A DNA stretch of 64,000 nt from an uncultured Planctomycetaceae bacterium (GTDB lineage: Bacteria > Planctomycetota > Planctomycetia > Planctomycetales > Planctomycetaceae). The first letter of the stretch is position 1. Each line of letters opens with the position of its first letter. Below, piece after piece: positions 56,603 to 64,000 of the stretch. A program made the position numbers and the translations under genes. Location: positions 128,001 through 192,000 of the forward strand of contig CAWFAK010000008.1 in assembly GCA_963813715.1 (NCBI GenBank). The letters are read 5' to 3'. The notes below the pieces were generated by a model. The model was not told the DNA's origin, did no database searches, and saw only the letters and a list, made by a program, of their open reading frames with translations.

Positions 56603-56838
56603 CCTTGTGAAAGTAGTTGACCAGACCACAGGGGGTTGGGATGACATTTCGCTCATGTCGCTCGGCACCCGGCACCACGACGGGCGTCCTGCGCAACGCG
56701 AGTGCCGGTCGTGCGAAGCCGCCACGCAGATCGTCCATCTGCGGATCTTCCGCGGTGCAAGAAAACCTGCTCTCTCCATTCAGCCACAGCAGGCCAATTC
56801 AAACAAGATCAGTTTTCTACGCCGGGGCCGTTGCGCGA
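56603..56838. repeat. modular non-coding repeat, copy B, right part
   Basis: Reverse complement of 18080-18330, e.g. GGGGGTTGGGATGACATTTCGCTCATGTCGCT, CTCTCTCCATTCAGCCACA and ATTCAAACAAGATCAGTTTTCTACGCCGG. Confidence 0.9.
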
Positions 56839-57003
56839 AATAAAGGGTCTCTATTTGCGATCCGCCTGCGCGAGCACCCTCTTGTTTGGCAACCGAGTCT
56901 CGCCCAGAATGGCTCGCGTCAGCCGCAAGCCTCTCACCCTGCTGCGGCGCTCTCCAAACGGGGCGAAGGAGTCCTTTCACACGGCCTGATTTGGGCGATT
57001 GCC

Positions 57004-58446
57004 ATGAGCTACGACCTGATCTTCGCCAAGCCGATTGCCACAATTCCCAAAGAGCAAGAGGACGAAGTCTTCCGGGCTCTAACAAAGGACAATCCCGGCG
57101 GCCTGTTTGAGCCGCTGCCCCTCGAAAAGATCAACCAGGCTCTCATCGAACTCTTCGAAGACTTCGAGCCCGCGACCGGCACGGGCATCGAGGACGGCAA
57201 CGGCTCGGCCGAAGTCGGGCATTCGGCCTACTATTTCTGGTTCAGTTTTTACGGCGACATCGACGAGATGACGGACCGGATCGTCGAAATCTTTCGGCGG
57301 TTCGACTGCCCGGTCTTCGATCCGCAGTGCAACGGACTGCAGCCGCTCGATAATCCGTGGGGCCGGCCGCCCGGGAGCGGCGCTCTCGGATCCGGATTTC
57401 AGAAGGCGTTCGCCCGCGAGCTGGAGAAAGTGCAAGCACAGGTCGCCGCGCAAAAGCCGGAAGTGCGCGAGACGCTCGAACGCGAGTTGGCCGATCTTCA
57501 AGAGAAAGCCGCCGTCCTGAAGAAAAAACAAGACGAGAGCCGCGCCAAAGCCGCCGCTGCTCGCCAGGCGGAAGAGCAGAAGCGCGAAGCGGCGGATCGC
57601 AAGGCGAATCCAAAGCAGTATGAACTCATCGCGCAAATCGAGCAGGAGTGCGCCGGCGGCCGTTGGCAACGCCTGGGGATGACCGCGAAGCATTGCGGCG
57701 AGACGATCTACTATTCCCCTCAGCTGACGTCGGAAAGCGAGCACCGTTCCTCGCTGCCGATCACCGCGAGTCGACGACTCGTGGAGCTGAAGTTCCTCGA
57801 AGCCATCCCGTCGAGCCAGCCGAGTTACGACTCAGTTGCGGTCGCCCGACGAACCGCGGCGATGGCGGTGAACTACTTCTTCGGGGACTGGGAGGAAACC
57901 ATCCCGCGAAGAACGCTCCTGGGGATGAAGTTCGACAAAGTCCCTCTGACAAAAGAGAAAATGCGCAAGGCGTCGAATTGGATCGAGCCCTATCGGGAAG
58001 GCTTGCTGTTGGCGCTCTATGCCGATGACGAGCCGTCGTTTCAAAGGCTGATCCAGTGGCCCGACACCGACCTGCCGGTCGACGACGGGATCTGGAACCT
58101 GACCGCGGCCGACAACCAGGCTCACATCGCGCTGGCGGCGATCTTGCGCGGAGAGCCGAAGGCGAAGGTCGACCAGCTCATCACGGCCCCTCTCAGGAGC
58201 GGTCGCAAACGAGCGGTCGCCTTCGCGTCGGCTGCGCGGGCCTTCGCCGATGACGACGCCGCGGCCTTCGCGAAGTCTCTGAAGGAACTGAGCAATTTGT
58301 ATCTCAAGAAGCCGCCGCTCCTCGTGAACGCTCAGCGTCCCGAACTGCACGTGGACGGATCCCTTCTCTGGCACCTCGGTCTGCGCAAGAAGTTCGCGCT
58401 GCCCGAGCTTCCGGAACGGAATCTCGATTTGATCCTCCGCCGTTGA
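57004..58446 (+). CDS. hypothetical protein (small N-terminal domain, coiled coil, helical C-terminal domain)
   Basis: Long ORF with strong codon bias; MSYDL...VFDPQ domain, E/K/A-rich coiled coil, helical C-terminus. Confidence 0.75.
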   Translation: MSYDLIFAKPIATIPKEQEDEVFRALTKDNPGGLFEPLPLEKINQALIELFEDFEPATGTGIEDGNGSAEVGHSAYYFWFSFYGDIDEMTDRIVEIFRRFDCPVFDPQCNGLQPLDNPWGRPPGSGALGSGFQKAFARELEKVQAQVAAQKPEVRETLERELADLQEKAAVLKKKQDESRAKAAAARQAEEQKREAADRKANPKQYELIAQIEQECAGGRWQRLGMTAKHCGETIYYSPQLTSESEHRSSLPITASRRLVELKFLEAIPSSQPSYDSVAVARRTAAMAVNYFFGDWEETIPRRTLLGMKFDKVPLTKEKMRKASNWIEPYREGLLLALYADDEPSFQRLIQWPDTDLPVDDGIWNLTAADNQAHIALAAILRGEPKAKVDQLITAPLRSGRKRAVAFASAARAFADDDAAAFAKSLKELSNLYLKKPPLLVNAQRPELHVDGSLLWHLGLRKKFALPELPERNLDLILRR

Positions 58447-58516
58447 GTGGCGCTGCCGCTTGCGGGGCGGCGGTTCACCCGCAAACGGCCGCACGTTTTG
58501 AGCGACAGAGAGAAAT

Positions 58517-58963
58517 TCAGGCCGCTGTCGATTCGAGCAGTTTTTTCAGATTGGCGGCCGCGTGTCGGGTTTGCTTCCCGACGCCCAGTCGGATGAGCGG
58601 GGAGAACAGTTTTGCCATGACAGTCTTGGTCGTGATTTCGATGGCGTGCAGCGTCTGTGCACCCTCGGGCGCCGGCGCAACGCGCAAGTCCACGGACACG
58701 TCGAACATGGCGTCAAAATACTTGCAGTGGAGCCGCTCGCCCGGAGTGCGTGCGACGATTTGTCCGTCCATCGAGGCTTGCCGGCTGCCTTGCCGATAGA
58801 CGTAGCGCAACTTGTCGCCGGGCGCATTTGGCCCGGAGCCCACCTTCTCCAGGCTCACACACGGAGGCAACCATTTCGCCGTGAGCGGCAGGTCATCGAT
58901 GGCCGCAAAAGCCCGCGCCGGCGTGGTGTGGACGACAACCGAGTGTTCATAACGAATGGGCAT
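58517..58963 (-). CDS. SRPBCC/polyketide cyclase-like protein
   Basis: 148 aa; HSVVVHTTPARAFAAIDD...KW; C-terminal helix ANLKKLLE. Confidence 0.8.
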   Translation of the reverse strand: MPIRYEHSVVVHTTPARAFAAIDDLPLTAKWLPPCVSLEKVGSGPNAPGDKLRYVYRQGSRQASMDGQIVARTPGERLHCKYFDAMFDVSVDLRVAPAPEGAQTLHAIEITTKTVMAKLFSPLIRLGVGKQTRHAAANLKKLLESTAA

Positions 58964-59253
58964 GAAAGACCTCGAAGTAACGTTCCCGAATTCCGCTCGA
59001 ACTCGATCGCCGCGCCCGCCCGACGATACTCAGGAGGCGATCTCCGAGCAACGAAGCGCCCCGCGACAATTCTCTCCGGGAACGGCGTTCTCCCGTCCCT
59101 CGCCGCCATTCTTCGTGCGCCGCCGACCTTCTTGCATCGTCTGGCCGCCGGGGCCGCGCTTGGCCGACTCACGGCGGACTCGCGGGCCGCGACCACACTC
59201 AAAAGTGAAACGGTCCGGACCGTTTAGAACGATCCGAACCGTGCGGTCGACGA

Positions 59254-59440
59254 GGTGCGGGCGAGAGGAAGCGAACCTGCACTCGCAAAAAGAGGGAACA
59301 GGACCCTCAATCCTGCGCGTGTGCCAATTCCGAATCCTTGGATCGCGGTTTCACGCACGTCCAGATTGTCGTCGCGTGGTGCCGGCTCGTAGTCACGGGT
59401 TGATCGCCGCTCTGCGGATTCCGGGGTGGATCGACTCGCG
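59254..59440 (-). repeat. tRNA-Leu(GAG)-derived repeat, copy 1 (tRNA-like part 59254-59332 lacks the 5' acceptor strand)
   Basis: Minus strand: CGGAATTGGCACACGCG-CAGGA TTGAGGG TCCTG-variable arm-GCAGGTTCGCTTCCTCT-CGCCCGCACC. The upstream ~110 nt is shared with copy 2. Confidence 0.8.
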
Positions 59441-59877
59441 GGCGGGGCGACGAAATTCCCGATGGTGCGTCGTTCGAAAAACTTTGGAATCGCGACCCAG
59501 TTTTCCCATTTTTTGTTTGAAACTCGCGGCACGCCCCGCAAGAATCGTCTCACCATCTCACCTTGCAAGCCCCATGAAGGTTTGCGCCGCTCGATGTCTG
59601 CATCGGAGCGAGCAGGCGTTGCCTTTGTTGCGGTCAGTACTTCGAGGTCCCGCGCACGGCATCGACGCACGCGGACTTCAACGAGTTAATTACGGATTCG
59701 CTCAAGGTTGAGTTCGAAGGCCATTTGTGCCTTCTGTCGCTGGATGTGCACGTCGATCGGGATTAATACGACCCGAGCTTGACCGTTTACGCGCCGTAAC
59801 ATCGAAAACAGGAGTGCGACACGACACCTGCAGCAAACCGCGTCGATTGACATGGGTGTTTTCAAAAGGGCCCAACA

Positions 59878-61649
59878 ATGCAGAGTCGTCCTCGTGCCTG
59901 GTTTCGTCGTCAATTTCGTTGCAGCTCGGTTTCCAGCCGACGGCGTCGTGGCTGCACCGATACGGCCATCGGAGCGATTGAGCCGTTGGAAGAGCGCACA
60001 TTGCTGACCTGGACGCCATTGGCAAATATGGCTCCCGCCCAAATCTCGACCATGCTGCTCCTGAGCAATGGAACGGTGATGTCTCAGTTTGGAACCGATC
60101 AACCCTCGACCGCGTGGTACTCGCTTACGCCCACGAACGGCAGTTACCAGCAGGGCAAATGGGGAAATCTCGCGTCGATGAGCCTCGGGCGGTTGTTTTA
60201 TCCGTCGAATGTCCTCACGGACGGCCGCGTGCTCGTCGCTGGAGGTGAAGACACGTCGACCGGCAGTGGGCAAAACACAGGTGAGATTTACAATCCGGTG
60301 ACCAATTCGTGGTCCTCGATTTCGGTTTTTCCGCAAAATGCCATCGCGGACGACCCAAGCGAAACACTGCCCAATGGCTCCGTGCTCTTCGGCTTTGACG
60401 GCGGCCCGCAGACCTATATTTACAATCCGTCCAGCAACGCCTGGACGAATGGCGGGACGAAGTTGTACGGCGACTGGAGCGATGAGGAGACTTACCTGAA
60501 ATTGCCGGACGGCAGCATCCTCACGTATGACATCTGGTCGAGCATCGGATCGGGCGTGGCCACCGCGAGCGCTACATTCCCTCAACGAATTCGTGGGTGG
60601 CGGCCGGTACACTTCCCTCATTGCTGAGCACCGACTACGAACTCGGCCCGGCATTCTTATTACAGAATGGGCAAGGGTTCTATATCGGCTCAAACGGCAA
60701 AACAGCCTTGTACAATCCCTCCACCAACTCGTGGAAGGCCGGGCCGTCGATGCCGGACGGAGGCGCGGCCGGGGATGTTCCGGGCGCCGAATTGCCAGAC
60801 GGCAACGTGATTTTTGCCGGCACGGTCCCGAATGCCAACGCGCTGTTTGAATACCACTGGCAGTCGAACACCATCACCCTGCTCAGCACTCCTCCCGAAT
60901 TGACTTCGGCCTTGAACCAGCAAGCTCCATTCGTCTTTCGCATGCTGGATTTGCCTTCGGGGCGGATCCTCTTCACCGCGGATTCCACTCAGCTCTGGCT
61001 CTATGACGAGTCGCAGAATTCCAACGAACCGGCGCCCGTGGTGAAGAGCATCACAAACAACGGCAATGGGCTCTACACGCTCGCCGGGACGGGATTGAAT
61101 GGCATCAGCGAGGGGGCGGGTTATGGCGACGACGCCGAGATGTCGACCAATTACCCGATCATCGAGCTGACCACGCAGTCGAATTCCAACTTCTACTTCG
61201 CGCGCACGTTCAACTGGAGCTCCACAGGTGTCGCGACCGGTCGAACACCCGAAACTGTGAACTTCACTCTTCCCGCCGGCATCCCGAACGGTAACTACGT
61301 CTTGACCGTCATTGCCAGCGGCATTGGCTCCTACGGCACTGATTTCCGCGTGGGGAATGGACCGTCTGTTGTCTCAGCGGCGGCAGGAACGCTGGTCACG
61401 AGCCCGCCGACTCCCGCGGTAAGTGCGTCTGGGTGCCGCTCTGACACCGTCAGCGGTCAACGGCGCTCCGCGGCAGTCGCCAATCCCACAACGAACGAGG
61501 TCGTTGTCAACGCAAATCAAGCCGTCGTCGTCAATCCGGTCTCTTCTGATCCACAACCGGCGGCGCACACTTCCACGTCGACTGCCGCTGACAAACCCGA
61601 GGAGATCGACGCGGTCTTCGCGGCCGGCCCGTTTCCCGACTTGCTCTGA
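59878..61649 (+). CDS. secreted kelch/galactose-oxidase-like propeller protein with LEPR-XLL motif (frameshift ~60570)
   Basis: IEPLEERTLL; repeated LxDGxVL / YNPxTNSW blades; S/T/N-rich; C-terminal IDAVFA. Confidence 0.8.
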
Positions 61650-61775
61650 TTGCTCGGATTAGTCTTCACGAGGCGAGATCCAGTTTTCTTAGAGCAGGCT
61701 GTGCCGGCCGTCAAATTCTGGTAGCGCGACCAACGAGTTCCGTCCCGAGACGGCAGGCACACCGAGACGGCGCAA

Positions 61776-61820
61776 ACAAAACGGCCCGGAACGCTCGCGG
61801 CGTTCCGGGCCGGGGTTTTT
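61776..61820. terminator. bidirectional intrinsic terminator-like hairpin
   Basis: CGGCCCGGAACGC-TCGCG-GCGTTCCGGGCCG flanked by A and T tracts. Confidence 0.7.
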
Positions 61821-61824
61821 GTAA

Positions 61825-62013
61825 GTTGCGGACGAAGGGGTCGAACCTTCACTCCCCAAAGAGAGAACCGGACCCTCAATCCTGCGCCCGCGCCAATTCC
61901 GAATCCTTGGACCGCGGCTGCACGTGCCCAAATCGTGCCGTTCGTAGCATGCTCCCCGCTCGTAGCCGCAGGTCGATCGACCCGCCTCGGATTCCGGCGC
62001 GGATCGATTCGCG
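61825..62013 (-). repeat. tRNA-Leu(GAG)-derived repeat, copy 2 (tRNA-like part 61825-61901)
   Basis: Minus strand: CGGAATTGGCGCGGGCG-CAGGATTGAGGGTCCGG-...-GAAGG TTCGACC CCTTC-GTCCGCA. Same TCCAAGGATT junction and upstream blocks as copy 1. Confidence 0.8.
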
Positions 62014-62061
62014 CGAATTCGTCGAGCTCTGTCGAGCCAAGTGCTTCGGGCGGTTCGCGTC

Positions 62062-62559
62062 TCAGCGATTGGGATCGGCCGTGGTCATCCACTCGATCAC
62101 GCTGCTCTTGGGCAACGGCGTCACGCCGAGTTGGCGGAACATGTTGAGGCATTGCGCACGGTGATGCATGCCGTGCGTCGCCACATGGGTGATGACCCCG
62201 CCGCGGCTCAAGAGCAGCGTCACACCGTCACGACGTTGCCGCGTGACCGTCTCGTCGAGCGGATAGGTCCGCGCGCTGGCCAGGAGATCGGCGCTCAGCT
62301 CATCCAGCAGGGCGAGCAGCTCGGTCGTCGAGCGTGTTGATCCCTCGAGCCGCGGCCGCTGTTCGCGACCGGCCAGCAGATCGCCCCACACGCGCATCGC
62401 GGCCAGGATGTGCGTCGTCGTGTCGTGCAACGAGCCGGGCCCCATGTCGAACCGGTGGTGAAATTGTTCGGGCGTGAGTGCCGCGCAAGCCTCGATGATG
62501 TTCCGCGTTGCCCAATGGTCGTGAGCGAGCATGATTTCGACGGGGTTGCTGGTCGGCAT
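62062..62559 (-). CDS. DinB family protein
   Basis: HDHWAT, SLHDTTTHI, HVATHGMHHRAQ metal-binding His pattern. Confidence 0.88.
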   Translation of the reverse strand: MPTSNPVEIMLAHDHWATRNIIEACAALTPEQFHHRFDMGPGSLHDTTTHILAAMRVWGDLLAGREQRPRLEGSTRSTTELLALLDELSADLLASARTYPLDETVTRQRRDGVTLLLSRGGVITHVATHGMHHRAQCLNMFRQLGVTPLPKSSVIEWMTTADPNR

Positions 62560-62888
62560 CGCAGTTCACTCCACGTGGTCATCTGCTGTCTTTGCGAGAA
62601 AGTCCCTCGAAGATTACGAGCGACGATACTCAGGACACAATCTCTGAGCAACGCGGCGAGAAATAAAGGGGACGTTGCCGCCAGATTCGCCCTCATCGCC
62701 CGGATTCTGAAGGCCAACGAGTGCGAGCTCAATCGTGCGCCGCGACGCCCGGTCTCATCCAACGTCCTACATCGGACCGACGGACCGGCGAAACTACTGG
62801 GAGTTGACGCACCGCTTTACCTCGCAATTGACCGCTCGCTCTGTGGCACCCTAGGATGAGGTGTCCTCACCTGCGGAGCGACAGTCAG

Positions 62889-64000
62889 ATGCCCGGCCCG
62901 AGCGACGAACACAACGCCCCCGCGTTACGTGAAGCCGAAGAGCACTTTGCTCATCTCGTTGCGGCGGTTCAGGATTACGCGATCTTTCTGCTGAATCCGG
63001 CAGGCTACGTCAGAACGTGGAATGCCGGCGCGTCGCGGATTAACGGCTACGCCCCTGATGAAATCATCGGCAAGCACTTCTCGCAGTTCTACCTGCCCGA
63101 GGCGGTGGCCAAAGGCTGGCCGCAGCACGAATTGGAAACTGCCCGCCGCGTGGGGCGATTCGAGGACGAGGGCTGGCGCGTCCGCAAGGACGGCAGCAAA
63201 TTCTGGACGAGCGTCGTCATCACCGCGCTGCGTGATGCCGACGGCAAGCTCAGCGGCTTTCTGAAGATCACGCGCGATCTCACCGAACGCAGGGAGGCCC
63301 TTGAATCGCTGCGGCAGAGCGAGCAACGGTTCCGACTGCTCGTCGCCCAGGTCAAAGAGTACGCGATCTTCATGCTCGACCCGAACGGACACGTGTTGAG
63401 CTGGAACGCCGGCGCACAGCGAATCAAGGGCTATACCGCGGACGAAATCATCGGCAAGCACTTTTCGACCTTCTATTCCTCCGAAGACGTGGCGTCGGGA
63501 AAGCCCGCGCGAGAACTGCAGATTGCCCGTGAGCGGGGCAGCGTCGAGGATGAAGGCTGGCGGGTGAGAAAGGATCATTCGCTGTTTTGGGCGAACGTCG
63601 TCATCACCGCCATTCATGACGAGCACCAGCGCCTGATCGGATTTACGAAGGTCACACGCGACATGACCGAGCGGCGCAAGGTGGAAGCGCTCGAGGCGGC
63701 CGATCGGCAAAAGAACGAATTCCTGGCGATGCTCGCGCACGAGCTGCGAAACCCCCTGGCTCCGATTCGCAATGGACTCGAGCTCCTCAAGATGCAGGAC
63801 ATTGATCCGGATACCGCGCACCAGACAACGGAGATGATGGAACGGCAAGTCATCCATCTCGTTCGCCTGGTCGACGACTTGCTCGATGTGTCCCGGGTGA
63901 TCACGGGAAAACTGTCATTCAAGAAAGAACCCGTCGAGATCGACGCGATCGTTCGAGCCGCCGTTGAAGAGAGTCAACCCGCGATTGACGCCCGCGGGCA
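62889..64000 (+). CDS. PAS-PAS histidine kinase (runs off the window end)
   Basis: Translated by hand from the ATG at 62889: two DYAIF/EYAIF...WNAGA...EDEGWRVRKD PAS domains, then FLAMLAHELRNPL. Confidence 0.9.
   Translation, partial: MPGPSDEHNAPALREAEEHFAHLVAAVQDYAIFLLNPAGYVRTWNAGASRINGYAPDEIIGKHFSQFYLPEAVAKGWPQHELETARRVGRFEDEGWRVRKDGSKFWTSVVITALRDADGKLSGFLKITRDLTERREALESLRQSEQRFRLLVAQVKEYAIFMLDPNGHVLSWNAGAQRIKGYTADEIIGKHFSTFYSSEDVASGKPARELQIARERGSVEDEGWRVRKDHSLFWANVVITAIHDEHQRLIGFTKVTRDMTERRKVEALEAADRQKNEFLAMLAHELRNPLAPIRNGLELLKMQDIDPDTAHQTTEMMERQVIHLVRLVDDLLDVSRVITGKLSFKKEPVEIDAIVRAAVEESQPAIDARG

Noticed and set aside
59254..59332. Functional tRNA-Leu gene (also 61825-61901)
   Set aside because: The 5' acceptor strand is missing and stems carry mismatches; reported instead as tRNA-derived repeats.
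1..64000. Frameshifts in many genes (ribBA, glpD, fabF, photolyase, kinases, sulfatase, transposase and others) as programmed frameshifting or mass pseudogenisation
   Set aside because: They are isolated 1-bp indels, often in short runs, in unrelated and even essential genes, with no accumulation of stops. This is typical of unpolished long-read error; read mapping would settle it.

Overview
This is a GC-rich bacterial window that looks planctomycete-like: it has a DUF1501 gene, a sulfatase, an LEPR-XLL secreted protein, HEAT-repeat/Gfo-Idh-MocA genes and a GYF_2 protein. Most of it is housekeeping and signalling genes: a PQQ dehydrogenase, an ECF sigma/YciI cluster, glpD, ribBA, a CHASE3 kinase-cheR-cheB module, fabF-ACP-desaturase, photolyase, P450, miaA and murE-murF-mraY. 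Many genes are split by single-base frameshifts, most likely assembly errors. The most notable structure is non-coding and mobile. (1) A roughly 530-660 bp modular, hairpin-rich repeat occurs twice: intact at 18080-18613, and inverted and interrupted at 52430-52860 plus 56603-56838. (2) A 3742-bp IS4-family element (52861-56602) sits exactly in the loop of that repeat's central palindrome. It has perfect 29-bp terminal inverted repeats, an 11-bp target duplication, and passenger genes (a probably leaderless RHH regulator and an AAA+/nuclease protein). (3) Two roughly 190-bp direct repeats, each a 5'-truncated tRNA-Leu(GAG)-like sequence fused to a conserved non-tRNA segment, bracket a secreted kelch-like gene. 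All family assignments come from motif recognition, not database searches.
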